From Octopus vulgaris (lineage: Eukaryota): DNA of 64,000 nt. Shown one piece after another: positions 41,763-56,362 of this stretch. Position 1 is the stretch's first letter. Each line of letters begins with the position of its first letter. Under the pieces are notes generated by a model that saw only the letters and a program-made list of their open reading frames with translations, did not search any database and was not told the origin of the DNA. The stretch is taken from NCBI GenBank assembly GCA_951406725.2, contig OX597830.1:35650001-35714000 (forward strand), in the 5' to 3' direction. Both the position numbers and the translations under genes were made by a program.

Positions 41763-42361
41763 CATCATTATTATCGTCATCATCCAAGAAGTAAGTTAAT
41801 AACAACGACATAGTACCAACCACAATAACAACAACAACAACAACAGCAACAACAACAACAACAAGAAAACGATACCAACAACAACAGTTCGAGAAGAAAC
41901 ATACGTATGACAAATAACTAACCACCTAAGTAGTGTTAGAAGAAAATGGTAATTCTTCAGCCACAAGAAATTGTCAGCAATTTAACAGCTTCTTAGCAGA
42001 AAGCTATTTCCCCAAAGCTAGCGTCGACATACACAAAAAAATACTGCATTACGCAGTAATCCAAGATGGCTTCAGTCCTTTCTTGACATGAAAACGTGCT
42101 CAAGTGACAATTATTGCTCTAATCACAAACTTATGTCATTATCAACAGGAAACTAAACTGAATTTCTTATTCTCATCTCTGTGTGACGCTCTGGTTGTTC
42201 TCTGATTCTCTGGTTTTCTCATTTGTTTCACTGGCTTTCGCTCTCTCACTTTCACTCTTTCTCGCTCCTCCTTCTCTCTTTCTCTCTCTGTCTTTCACAC
42301 TTTCTTCCTCTCTTTCTTTTTCGTTACTTCTGTAGATATATGTTCTATTGGTATTTGCATC

Positions 42362-42417
<56 letters not shown>

Positions 42418-42422
42418 TACAT

Positions 42423-42454
<32 letters not shown>

Positions 42455-42636
42455 ATGCATATCTATATATACATATATATATATGTATATATATATATAC
42501 ATATATATATTTACACATATATATATACATATACACATATATATACATACATGCATACATACATGCATGTACACGCATACATATGTATATATTTATATAT
42601 ATATATACATATATATATACATACATACATATATAC

Positions 42637-42697
<61 letters not shown>

Positions 42698-42828
42698 CAC
42701 ATACATACACATACACACCCACATACAGGCACGCACACAGACACACACACATATTTATATCAAAAGGTAAATATAGATATTACCAGCATACATTTATATA
42801 TATATACAAATGTATATATGCATTTTAC

Positions 42829-42880
<52 letters not shown>

Positions 42881-43697
42881 AGATCGACGTGCATATACAC
42901 ACGCAAAAACACACACACATATGCATCCACACATACACACACATACACAAACATATATACTTGAAGCGCTTGGCATATTGATTTGTATTGGAATAGCGGT
43001 CCTAGGGTTGGACAAAGTCATGGATTCGATTTTCATGTCGGCCACCATGTTGTACCCAAGTGCACGGTATTTCAACCACTTTACTTAATCTGTCTTAGCT
43101 GAAGAGGACTACCAACAATAGACGATGGATTAGCTCTGTGACGTTTTTTATCCCTGTCAAGTTTGCAGATACAATATATATCGTTTACTGCATAAACACC
43201 GTTGTAACCATCATAAGCGGTGGTCTAATGGACTTTCAGGCATAGGATGGGGATACATTTTAAATTTAAGGTTTTAACTTTAAACATGCAGTCACACACA
43301 CACACAGACACACACACACACACACAATCTCTCTCATATTGAAGTAAAAAGAAATTTTCAATGTGGACAACTCCCCACAGCTTCTGTCCTAGAGTTCAGT
43401 TAGCCTCTTGGCTCATCTGAGTTCATAAGGATTATATATTTTTCTGCCATACACAATTTACAGTTTTGTTCCATTGCGATAAGGTCCACAAGATTCTAAA
43501 AAATTCCACCTGATGTTAAAGAGCGTATGATCGTCCTTTATGCGACATACGTATGCTGCGAGTGTCGTCGTGTTGCGTTTCTCCGCGACCCTGAAAGAAG
43601 ATCTGTGGGTGTTCAGGCGAATTTTAAATTGGGATTTCCGATCCGTCTGCTAAATCCTCTCACAAGGCTTTGGTTTGCCCGAGGACTATGGTAGAAG

Positions 43698-43758
<61 letters not shown>

Positions 43759-43890
43759 AATGTAAGGTCGACAGGAAATTACGGTCCACAGACAACAGAT
43801 ATCATCCCCGCACAATATCGCAAGATGGTTGGCCCGAGGCTATAGTAGAAAAAATATATATATATATATATGTATAAAAAATATATATAT

Positions 43891-44946
43891 AAATACAAAA
43901 TGGGACAAGAACGCAAAACACTCAAAGAGACGACACAAAAACGGACGGGTCATTCGAAGCCTCTAATCTTCAGTCAAGAACCGGATCATCATCGCAATTT
44001 CGGCAGATTAATCTTGAGATCACTCCGATCCGGCCAGCTCCAAGGAAAAACTAAGCTACGAGCATTAGATTTCTTGGAAAAAGGATCGAACGTATACGAA
44101 ACAAGGACAGACAAAAACGGACGATGCCACACGAATATAAATACAAAAAACAATAATAGTAATAACAGGACAAAAACAGCGGGTGTCTTACGACTTTAGA
44201 CAGTTCATCTTAGCTTAGCTGGCGTATTTGGAAAAACGATGTTGTCGTGGCGGTGGTCAGAAGCCGAAAGGCTAGTTGACCGGTGGTCACGTGAGAGGAG
44301 AAGAGAGAGAAAAAAAGGGGGCAAAGGAATCAAAGAGAGAGAGAAAAAGAGGGACAAAGGCACCAAAGGGGTGGGGAGAAAGAATGAATTAAAGAGGGGA
44401 GAAGAAAGAGAGCGTGCCAAGAATTGGCTTGGCGACAGAATCAGTGAGGTTCAAAGTGAGAAAGACAGAGAAATGTGAGAGAGTGGGGGAAGAGGACGCC
44501 AAAGAATCAGAGGCAAGAAAAGAGAAAGACAGAGACTAGTGAAGTATAGAGAAAGTGTGTGTAGAAGTCGTACAATAGTGGAATGCTTACATACATAAGA
44601 GAACAAGATGTACGTTACGCCGCAATAATATATCTATAAAAATTATATATAAAAATACAAAATGGGACAAGAACGCAAAACACTCAAAGAGACGACACAA
44701 AAAACGGACGGGTCATTTGAAGCCTCTAATCTTCAGCCAAGAACCGGATCATCCTCGCAATTTCGGCTGATTAATCTTGAGATCGCTCCGATCCGGCCAG
44801 CTCCAAGGAAAAACTAAGCTACGACCATTAGATTTCTTGGAAAAAGGATCGAATGTATACGAAACAAGGACAGAAAACGGACGATGCCACACGAATATAA
44901 ATACAAAAAGCAATAATAGTAATAACTGGATAAAAACAGCGGGTGT

Positions 44947-44950
<4 letters not shown>
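43891..44950 (-). mobile_element. Element with two ~300-bp direct repeats (43891-44190, 44653-44950), PLE pseudo-LTR-like
   Basis: The repeats differ by about 10 substitutions and 2 indels by eye. They are separated by a ~460-bp purine-skewed spacer and carry a decayed CTGAAGA..GAA motif on the minus strand. Confidence 0.7.
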
Positions 44951-45000
<50 letters not shown>

Positions 45001-45273
45001 TTCATTGATTAAACCTCGCAAGTTAAATATTTAAACCACCTGATTAATTATATTTTTTTATAATTTTGTTATATATTTAAATAATATAAATTAAATAATC
45101 TTATGTATTGGTTTAAGTTTTTCATTGTATGATTTGCCTAATAGTGGTTTTATCTCTAATTTAATATAATATAATATTTTACTATAAAATTGGATTCAAT
45201 CCTAAATCTGATTTTTCCCTGTAAGTTTGGATTTATTCCTAATATTTATTATATATATATATATATATATATT

Positions 45274-45738
45274 TGGGGTAGAAATTAAAGTCAACAGGAA
45301 ATTACGGTCCACAGATAACAAATACCCTCCCCACAATATCGCAAGATCTGTCTTATTGAACACATTGACATATGTGTAGAACAACAGCAACCACAATTCT
45401 CTTCTTCCCATTATATCAAATACGACTAAATAAAGTTCGACTTAATAACGAGGCCTCATTTATCGGAAAACATAAACCAATATTGGAAATTAAAATTCAC
45501 CCCCAACTTTTGTAAGAATCAAATGTAGACCAATATACAGAATTACAGATACCTCCCCTTTGCTGTAAAATACTATTGTTATCAATTAATCCCCATAGCA
45601 AATAAAATATCTAATTGAGAAATTCTCAAGTAACAGCTTTTGTTATATTTCTGCCGCTTTTAAATAAAGCATATTACTCTACCTCTGGTTTTTTAGTACT
45701 CTTTTTTCCACCTTGTTTCACCTTTATGTGCTTACTCT

Positions 45739-45740
<2 letters not shown>
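45274..45740 (+). mobile_element. Penelope-like 3' relic (GIY-YIG C-terminal part + terminal repeat); its start is also copied at 43752-43826
   Basis: TVHR*QIPSPQYRKICLIEHIDIC..RLNNEASFIGKHKPIL. Confidence 0.6.
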
Positions 45741-45777
<37 letters not shown>

Positions 45778-46023
45778 TTATGTTGATGTAGTCATGGAAA
45801 ATAGACATGAAAATATGAGTATATGCATATTTTTATTAATATTTAGGAGAAAAAACGGAATGACACAAGTTTTAAAAGTTTCGTGTGCAAGCAATTATCA
45901 AAGTTGTTTGATAAGTGCTACGCACGAAACTATGACTCACAAAGTTACTTCTGCTAGCTATGAATATATATATAATCATAGAGAGAGAGAGAGAGAAAGA
46001 GAGAGGGAGAGATAGATAGATAA

Positions 46024-46084
<61 letters not shown>

Positions 46085-46506
46085 CACACAGACAGACTGA
46101 CTGACTGACTGATTGATTTATTGATTGATTATGTAATAGAACTGTATACGGTTTATCTTTCCGCAACATGCTCCAAGTTAACTTTTATGGAACGTTGAAT
46201 TTCTTCACCTAGCATATGCAACCAGGCAGCAAAATCATGTGACTTCTAGTCTAACTGAATTTGATTTTAATCCCATATATGCTTTTATGAATTTAGGAGA
46301 TCTAACAGAATAACTTATATTCGAATTCTTTTGCCAGACAGTTATTCTTCATTAAGAAACGTTTCGGATCTTGAAATTAAAAATAATTCTAGGCCCTTAA
46401 ATATATATTTTTTTAAACTAATTTTATTATCCGCTTTGCTCATATGAAAACTAGCCATATTTTCACGAAATTTGTTGAAGTTGAATATAGTAATTTCACT
46501 ATTTCT

Positions 46507-46930
46507 AAGGCGGCGAGCTGGCAGAAACGTTAGTACGCCGGGCGAAATGCATAGCAATATTTTGTCTGCCGTTACGTTCTGAGTTCAAATTCCGCCGAGG
46601 TCCACTTTGCCTTTCACCCTTTCGGGGTCGATAAAATTAAGTACCAATTACGCACTGGAGTCGATATAATCAACTTAATTTCCTTTGTCTGTCCTTGTTT
46701 GTCCTCTCTGTGTTTAGCCCCTTGTGGGTAGTAAAGAATAGGTATTTCGTCTGCCGCCTCGATCTGAGTTCAAATTCCGCCGAGGTCGACTTTGCCTTTC
46801 ATCCTTTCGGGGTCCATAAATTAAGTACCAGTTACGCACTGGGGTCGATATAATCAACTTAATCCGTTTGTCTGTCCTTGTTTGTCCTCTCTGTGTTTAG
46901 CCCCTTGTGGGTAGTAAAGAGATAGGTATT
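46507..46930 (+). mobile_element. SINE family B with tandem ~185-bp internal unit
   Basis: Units ~46555-46740 and 46741-46925. A third unit starts ggtattt and stops. Confidence 0.9.
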
Positions 46931-47887
46931 TATGATGTATTATTACGATCATGAAGTCACTGGTCCGATGCCAAAACCGGCACGTTCTGCCTTTGAGCAA
47001 GTTACTTCATTTATTGTACTCTATGCAGCCTAGTGTTAGAGCAGCCTTCTTACTCTCTATCAGTGATTCTTTTTTTTTTTGCATCAAACCGAGAGAGCGT
47101 CTGTTTGCCCGCAACCGACATAGAAGCGTAAATTAATTAGCAAAAACAAAGTTAGTGACAGCTATGTTTAAGCTAATATGCACGTTCATAATGAAACATA
47201 AGATCCCATTGGTTAGTAATAGCTTGTACAAGCGTTGCTTGCTCAGGGTTCTCCTATTGGTTAGTACCCTCTTTAAGTCTGGTGTTTTCGTGTATTATTT
47301 TATTCTGTTATTCTTGTAATGGTAATTTAAGCTATTCGTTAAAGCATTTTGTTTCTGCTTTATAAGGTTGTGAATTCTGTGGTCATACCTCTTATAGTTT
47401 GTATGCATTTGTATTTCTATAATACGCTTGATTTATGTATTTTTAATGCTTATGATATCTGATATTTTTTGCGTTGTATTTCTTCCTGTAATTTCAATAG
47501 CTTGGTCCTCATATCTGTTAGAACTACCGTTGATTACTGCACATTTTATCCCGCAGACCCATCTACGCAGTACTTTTATGTGTGTAGGGTTATCAAAATT
47601 TTCTTCGCAATAAAAATTTTCCAATAAACATTTTGAATAAGTGTGGACATTCGCTCGATCCTATTTTTAGTGGAAACAAATATCTGTTGCTTTCTATCTG
47701 AATAATTATGTCTACAATATCAGGAGCTTTATTTGTACAGTCCAGCATGTGGAGTTTTCGTACGGAGTTATCTACCTATCTTACAATTTCCGTTGTATCA
47801 GTTATAATCGTTATCGCCCTATCTTAGTTTCAATTTTTAAACATAGTTTTCACTTTGAAATACTTTAGGCCATTTTTATAAGTATAT

Positions 47888-48200
47888 CGATGTCGACTTT
47901 GCCTTTCATCCTTTCGGGGTCGATTAAATTAAGTACCAGTTACGCACTGGGATCGATATAATCGACTTAATCCGTTTGTCTTTCCCTGTTTGTCCGCTCT
48001 GTGTTTATCCCCTTGTGGGTAGTAAAGAAATAGGTATTTCGTCTGTCTTTACGTTCTGAGTTCAAATTCCGCCGATGTCGACTTTGCCTTTCATCCTTTC
48101 AGGGTCGATAAATTAGTACAAGTTGCGTAATGGAGTCGATCTAATCGACTGGCCCCTCTCCCAAAATTTTGGGCCCTGTGCCTTGAGTAGGAAAGAATAT
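47888..48200 (+). mobile_element. SINE family B, 5'-truncated dimer
   Basis: body+tail1, then restart ggtatttcgtctg at ~48033, then tail2. Confidence 0.9.
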
Positions 48201-48591
48201 TAAACGAATGAGAAAAATGAAAAATGCGATACAAAGCATGAAATCATCATTCTATAGCCTAGATTAAGTACTTGCAAAATACGATGAATTCTTGTGTATG
48301 TGAACCGAGATAAAAAAAAACAAAAGCACAGTGCCTTGCACAGGGACATTTTATAAGAGTTACATCGAGTGGATGGAGTGGAAATAATGTGTAATGGTTA
48401 GAGTAGCCATTCATGTTTTGAATTTTATTGACGATTATGTACATGCAGTTTTCTATCTTTAGGTTCCCGATTGACAAGTAGCAAATTTGATTAAATTTAA
48501 TGTTTACTTATAAACGATAATTTTAAGAATACTTAATCAGTTACTGATGTGAGTATGAGGGAGTGTGTGTACATGCAACTTCCTTTTTCAT

Positions 48592-48633
<42 letters not shown>

Positions 48634-48639
48634 GTGTGT

Positions 48640-48963
48640 GTGAAGGCGCGTGGTTTAGTGGATAGGGCATTCGGCTTACGATTGTAAGGTCGTGAGTTCG
48701 ATTCACAGCGACGCGTTGTGTCCTTGAGCAAGACACTTTATTTCACGTTGCTCCAGTCCACTCAGCTGGCAAAAATGACTTGTACCTGTTTTTCAAAGGG
48801 CCGGCGTTGTCACACTCTTTGTCACGCTGAATCTCCTTGAGAAATACGTTAGGGGTACACGTTTCTGTGGATTGCTCAGTCACTTGCACGTTAAGTTCAC
48901 GAGCAGGCTGTTCCGTTGATCGTATCAGCTGGGACCCTCGTCGTGGTAACCGACGGAGTGCTC
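48640..48963 (+). mobile_element. SINE family C, full length
   Basis: A box gcgtggtttagtgg, B box gagttcgattc and gtgtccttgagcaagacactt CORE-like segment. Confidence 0.9.
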
Positions 48964-49449
48964 CTATATATATATACACACACACACATCTATACATTTA
49001 CACGTATGCATACTCAGATATTTGCACGCATACTTATATAAATACAAGCACACACACATACACACTATATGATATATATACACATACATATACCTTAAAA
49101 GAGGTAGATAGACAGGCAGACAGATAGATACGATATGATTCGATATACGAATGTACTAAGTTATGTATATCAGTTTTTATCGTTTAAAATTACCAAAGTG
49201 TAATCAGACATTTCTAAATACATATCTAATATATCGATGTTGTGTAGTTCATGCCTTTTCACAATGCTTTATCACAATGAATTCGTTATGTTTTATTGGA
49301 AGACCAGTGTGCAATCAAATACACAGAATGTCAAGTATGCATCATCCTAGAAGTGCAGTAAAAATGTCAGATGAAGGACAAATAGCTTTGCTATCCAGAT
49401 ATAATTAGATAGAGAGATAAGTTGACCCCCGAACGTGTTTCACCAAAGA

Positions 49450-49480
<31 letters not shown>

Positions 49481-49483
49481 TGT

Positions 49484-49517
<34 letters not shown>

Positions 49518-49682
49518 CTGTGTGCCTGTGTCTGTGTGTGTCAGTTAGTATCTGTGTTCGCACACGCACCCGTGTACATACCCACGCATATTCATATAGA
49601 TACATACATATATATGAACACGTTCAATTATATATGTATATACGTACATTTTATATATATGTATATGAATTTAAATATATAC

Positions 49683-49726
<44 letters not shown>

Positions 49727-50017
49727 ACGTACATTTTCAATTATATTGAATGTACAAATATAGATATTCATATATATTGAATATATGTAGACATTTCCAT
49801 ATAATATAGAACATTGTATTATATATAATTATATTTTTATTATTATGTAATATCAAATATATAAAAATTATATATGCCTACATGTATGTATGTTTGTACA
49901 TATGCATACACCAATGACACATAGATGGGCAAAGTGACCTATGGCTAGCGGAATGGACAGAGAGTATGATAGATTGACAAAGATGCGTTTCGAACGGTAG
50001 TAAAATAGATAGACATA

Positions 50018-50081
<64 letters not shown>

Positions 50082-50130
50082 AAAAAGGAAGGAAGGAAGG
50101 AGGGAAGGAAGGAAGGAAGGAAGGAAGGAA
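50018..50130. repeat. (AAAG)n/(AAGG)n polypurine microsatellite
   Basis: Direct reading of the sequence. Confidence 0.95.
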
Positions 50131-51276
50131 GAAATTGCAGACATTACACAAGTGAATTTCGTTATTGCGTGTCTAAGTAAATCAAAAATTCATCTCTGAG
50201 AATACTTACATAAATGAAAATTGCATGTCTACATGCATTGAACTGCATGTCGGTAAAAACATTTTTCCTTCTAACACGGTTACAAAATTGCATGCGTATA
50301 TTAAGTGTCTATCTACACGAGTTTTAAATGCATGTTTAACCTATAAACTTGAACATTTCTATTATCAGTAATATTTTAAAATGACAGCCTTATACTTAAA
50401 CATGTTTCAATTTGCTAACGGTTTACTCTTGGCAAAAGTCTAATGGTTGTTCGTTTTCTGATGTTCATTATTGTACATTTAAATATTCGTTTTATTGCTT
50501 TATTCCCCACCTCTTCATATTTTAAGCTACATCGTCATGTTTCCATTCAATTACTTTGATCGCTACACTAGATTCTTTGAGAACGAATAGCTTAATCGAT
50601 AAAGCACTGGACATTCTTCCAGTTAAGTATTCGCGAGAGGTTTGTATCTTGACACCATCACAACCTTCTCTCAGTTCTCTGTTCGGGGCTAATACAATTA
50701 CATCCGTACAGAGAGTTGACTTAGTCCAGTTCGTACCAAAAAAAAAAAAATGTTACTATAGTTATGTAATTTAATGATTTGCTCAGCATGTGCAATCCAC
50801 GTAAATTTTTCAAAAATGATTCGTTGGCATGCAATATTACATAAGAGACGTGGCTGTTGTTTCTTGCAAATAAAGTAACCACTTAAAAGCATTCTCTATC
50901 AAGGAGCATCTATTTTAAGAGGTGCTAAGATAGACACCTAACTTTGTAAGTCTTACCTCGTGATTAAGACTACTATACGTGATGCTTACAGTGTTTTTGA
51001 AATGCAATCTTCTAACACAATAGAATACATCTCGTAGTCCGTCTCTTTGCTATTTACATCTTCCTCTACCACACAACAAGGCGCTCATAGGTTTAGTTTA
51101 CTGAAGCTTCTTCCAGTTACTTCAACCAAATAAAGCGTTTTGATCGGGCCATAAAGAGTCAATACAACGTACAGAGAAGAAGTTCTGGTGTCGATTGGTT
51201 CCCGTAACACTTCAATCAGTGCCCAGCAATGGCGGCGTGTGCACAAGGAATAGTAATAATAAAGATAATAATAATG

Positions 51277-51316
<40 letters not shown>

Positions 51317-51348
51317 TAATAATAATAATAATGATAATAATAGTAATG

Positions 51349-51400
<52 letters not shown>

Positions 51401-51456
51401 TAATAATGATAATAATAATAATGTTAATAATAATAATAATGATAATAATAATAATG

Positions 51457-51533
<77 letters not shown>

Positions 51534-51546
51534 TAATTGTTTTATT

Positions 51547-51613
<67 letters not shown>

Positions 51614-51616
<3 letters not shown>

Positions 51617-51973
51617 TATCAATACCGGCTGATGACAACGTGTCTCTAAAAGAAATGGAGAAACTCTCAAAATACAAAGACCTGGAAATAGAGGTAACTA
51701 GAATGTGGAATCTGAAAACAGAAACAATTCCTATCATAGTAGGTGCATTAGGCATAATAAAAAAATATTCAGACAAATACATAACAAAAACACCAGGACT
51801 TACAAACACATATAACATACAGAAAATTGCACTACTAGGCACTGCACACATCCTACGCAGAACACTTTCCATACAATAACCATCAGAGCATCACAACAAA
51901 TCACAGCACATACCCAAGGCACACAGAGCTGTGCTCGGTAGTGAAGTGAAAGCACGGTATAAAAATAAAACTA

Positions 51974-51977
<4 letters not shown>
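51614..51977 (+). mobile_element. R4/Dong-type LINE 3' end, same young family as the 31694 copy
   Basis: VSIPADDNVSLKEMEKLSKYKDLEIEV..LRRTLSIQ* and near-identical 3' UTR ending actactg(aat)n. Confidence 0.95.
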
Positions 51978-52070
<93 letters not shown>

Positions 52071-53962
52071 TACCAAGGATCAACTCCAAGAGGAGTAAAA
52101 GAAACTTAGCCATGTCATGGATTGACTATCGTAAGGCGTACGATACGATCCAACACTTTTCGATTATGGAATGTATGAACCCATTTGGTGTTGTATCGAA
52201 TGTTGAGCGATTGCGTTGAAAAAGTATGGCGAATTGGAGGACGGAACTGACAGCATACGGAAGAAGTTTAGCGACAGTAGAAATCGGGAGGGGCATCTTC
52301 CTAGGGGACTGCCTTTCCCCACTCATCTTTGTACTGTGTTTGATATCACTAGCACTGATTCTGAGGAAAGAAAAAGCTGGATATGTATTCAAAAGCCACT
52401 AACAAAAAATTTTTTTAATTATTATTGATGGATGACCGCAAACTTTATGGTAAAGATGAAGCCTAAGTCAGTTCCCTAGCTAATACGGTGTATACTTTCT
52501 GTACAGATATCAGAGTGGAGTTCGGACTGAGAAAGTGTGATATGTTAGTCTTGAAGAGAGGCAAAATCAACTGTATGGACGGGCTATCGATGCCGTCGGG
52601 GGAGGTCATGAAGTAGATAGAAGAGACGGACTATAAGTACTTGAGGATTTTGGAAGTGAATAATTTGATGGAGAAACATATGACAGAAAAATTTCAGGTG
52701 GAGTACTTACGCAAACTGAGACTGATCCTTAAGTCAAAATTAAACGGTCGGAATTCGATTGAAGCTATCAACGCCTGGGCGGTTTCACTCCTTAGATATC
52801 GAGCAGGTGTAATCACATGGACAGTAGATGAACTAAACAGCTTAAACAGAAAGACAAGGAAGTTGCTAACTAGATATGGGACACTCCACCCCAAAAAGTG
52901 ACACAGACAGACTGTATGTACCAAGGAAAAGAGGGGGAAGAGGACTTACTGGATGCGAACAAAGCATTAGTGCAGAAGAAAAAAAAAGCATGGTATGTAA
53001 AAATGCCACAGAACCGCTTTTATTAGAAGTAAGAAGGTCAGGCTTGTGTAGGATGACTGATTGCAAAGATAAAGCCCTATACAAGAAATTGAAAACGAAT
53101 GAAACTGAAAATAGGTGAGTAAAGAAAAGAATCCATGGGCAGTTTCATAGAGACGTTGAAGATAAGACAGGCAGAGAAACAAGATGGTTGTGGGTGACTA
53201 AAAGTGATTTAAAACTGGACATTGAGGGTCTATTCTGTCCCGCCCAAAAGCAAGCACTAATAACAAACTACATAAAATACAGAGTAGACAACAAAACGGT
53301 AAGTGATAAATGCAGAATCTGTGGGCAAAATGGTGAAACCGTATGGCATATTACCAGCCACAGTACGCCACTAGCCCAGAAGGAATATAAGAGACGCAAC
53401 GACAATATAGCAGGGCTTGTCCATTGGAAACTTTGCAACAAGTATGGTCTTGACAGAGCAAAACATTAGTACGACCACAAATCCGAAGGCATCATCGAAT
53501 ATGATAATGCAAAGACTCTATGGGATTTTATGATTCAGTGTGACCATGAGATAGAGAAGAGGAAGCAAGACTTAATCTTTATTGAGAAAGGAAGTAAACT
53601 ATGCTGGATCATAGATATAGCATGCCCAGCTGACAACAAGGTATGCAATATGGAAGAAAGAAAAGTCAAGAGATATGACAAGTTATCTTGGGAGGAAAAA
53701 CAGTTGTGATCGATGAAAAAGGTAGTAGTGGTACCAATAACTGTCGGAACCCTGGGAACAGTGAGTAAAAATCTCGAGAAGTTCATGGGACAAATATGGG
53801 CTGCAATAAGGGTGGAGCACTTGCAGAAAGCAGCACTGCTTGGAGCCGCTCGAATACTCCGGAAGGTGCTCGAAAAATAAGACGTGTTGCCTTAGTTCGC
53901 TGGTAGTGAACAGCTGACACCGTAGTACATCTCTAGCGTTAGAAGCTGTGCAATGGCAATCA
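52071..53962 (+). mobile_element. R4/Dong-type LINE, second family, decayed RT + CCHC + endonuclease
   Basis: NLAMSWIDYRKAYD, GIFLGDCLSPLIF, MDDRKLY, LKSKLNGRN..AINAWAV, DTDRLYVPRKRGGRGL, CRICG, IIDIACP and ALLGAARILRKVL, with stops and frameshifts. Confidence 0.95.
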
Positions 53963-53996
53963 TGATAATAATAATCATAACAACAACAACAACAAC

Positions 53997-54032
<36 letters not shown>

Positions 54033-54053
54033 TAATAATAAAAATATAAAAAT

Positions 54054-54495
<442 letters not shown>

Positions 54496-54517
54496 TGATG
54501 ATGATTATGATGATAAC

Positions 54518-54966
54518 AACAGACAAAGCGTTAGAGCACTGATGGCCGGATATAGTAACATTTAGAAGGGACAAACAAGAGTGCCTAATGATTGACGTAG
54601 CAGTCTCAAGAGATTAATACATCATCATGAAACAAAGGAAAAAAATGTTGATAAATATGGAGACCTGAGAATTGACATCGCTAAGATGTGGCAGCTATGA
54701 GAGTCGAACAGAAATGTTATCCCTATTGTCATCGGAGCATTGGGTTCAATACCAACCAATCTCGAAAACACATCTGAAAACCTTAGAAATACCCTACAAT
54801 CTAGATGTATTGCAAATGTCGGTGTTACTTGGAACTCGACGCATATTGGGTAAATTACTGTCTCTCTGAGGTCCTTGTTGCGACTTGACAGACAGTGCAA
54901 ACCCCAGGTAGACACAATATCTTCAATCAACAACCTTACAATATTGTATACTGTGTGACTTCTACA
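54518..54966 (+). mobile_element. R4/Dong-type LINE 3' end, third family
   Basis: TDKALEH*WPDIV..CLMIDVAV, KYGDLRIDIAKMW, PIVIGALG and SVLLGTRRIL, with a distinct 3' UTR then (AAT)n. Confidence 0.85.
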
Positions 54967-54993
54967 ATAATGATAATAATGATGATGATGATG

Positions 54994-55051
<58 letters not shown>

Positions 55052-55070
55052 CAACAACAACAACAACAAC

Positions 55071-55148
<78 letters not shown>

Positions 55149-55149
55149 C

Positions 55150-55300
55150 ATCTTTTCAAGATCTTTGTTACCCACTCGTACATCCTCAGGTATGGCAATT
55201 TTTATCATCTTGGTTTCCCTCATCCTTTCCATCCACTATCAGCAATGTCTGGCCTTCTGAGCATCAGTCACTGAGCTTTCTGATTCCACCGAGAATCTGT
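55150..55300 (-). mobile_element. Restriction-like endonuclease fragment of another R4-type LINE, opposite orientation
   Basis: The minus strand gives RRPDIA..ETKMIKIAIPEDVRVGNKDLEK. Confidence 0.6.
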
Positions 55301-55974
55301 TGGTGTTGATGTTGTTGTTGCTGTTGTTGCTGTTATTGTTGTTGTTGTTTTTGTTGTTGTTTGTTATTGTTGTTGTTGTTATTGTTGTTGTTGTTGTTGT
55401 TTTTGCTGTTGCTGCTGTTGTTGTTGTTGTTGTTTTTGTGGTTGTTGTTGTTTTTGTTGTTGGTGGGTTTTTGTTGTTGAGTGAGTGAGAGTAGCGCATG
55501 CCATCAAAGTGAGACTGGAGTACAAATATATAAAACCCAATATAACCATCATGTCTACCCGGCTGCTAAGGGTACGCCAGGCACATGAATCACAGCAATA
55601 TGTGCGTGACATAGTGATATCATATCAAGATAAACAGCACATGACCTTGTCGGTGGAGCCAAGTTAGAGTTTTCTTCAGGTCGAATAGCCCATCCGCTCA
55701 AAAGGTGCCTGAATAAGGGTTGTTTAAGGATGATGAACGAAACACACATGCTTCCAAAGAGGAATTATTCAAACCCAAAGAACTCCTTTCAACGCATAAC
55801 TATAATGCTCCCCCAATGCATCCGCTCGTGATCAGAGATGCACATATCACCAACCACGTAAGGTCATGCTTAGATCGGTAAAGTCAAACAACTGACACGC
55901 AAATCTGGTGTGTTGAGCAGAATATTTGCTGCAGCCAATGTTTTACACCAAGACAAAACATGTAATTGATAACA

Positions 55975-56000
55975 GTTGTTGTTGTTGATGATGATGATGA

Positions 56001-56031
<31 letters not shown>

Positions 56032-56140
56032 CTTCTTCTTCTTCTTCTTCTTCTTCTTCTTCTTCTTCTTCTTCTTCTTCTTCTTCTTCTTCTTCTTCTT
56101 CTTCTTCTTCTTCTTCTTCTTCTTCTTCTTCTTCTTCTTG
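55975..56140. repeat. Compound triplet microsatellite (GTT)(GAT)(GTT)(CTT)n
   Basis: Direct reading of the sequence. Confidence 0.95.
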
Positions 56141-56149
56141 ATGTTAAAT

Positions 56150-56362
56150 CAGCGAGGTAGTAGAATAGTTAGCACATCGGCAAATATCCAGAACGGCATT
56201 TCATTTGTGTTTATGTTCTGAGTTCAAATTGTACCGATGTCGGCTTTATCTTTCAGCCTTCCTGGGTCGATAAAATATACTAGTTGAACACTGGAGTCCA
56301 CGTAATCGACTAGCTCCTTTCCCACCAAAAGTTCAGGCCTTGTACCAACAGTAGAAAGAATT
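56150..56362 (+). mobile_element. SINE family B, diverged
   Basis: gttctgagttcaaatt..gggtcgataaaa..gtaatcgactag. Confidence 0.75.

Noticed and set aside
50870-51250. Possible further Dong 3' remnant upstream of the TAA cluster (GASILR..VL-like)
   Set aside because: Similarity too short to distinguish from chance.
55484-55965. Complex sequence that looks like an interspersed repeat (also 37258-37445, 56465-56880)
   Set aside because: No diagnostic termini, protein motif or clear second copy in the window, so left unclassified.
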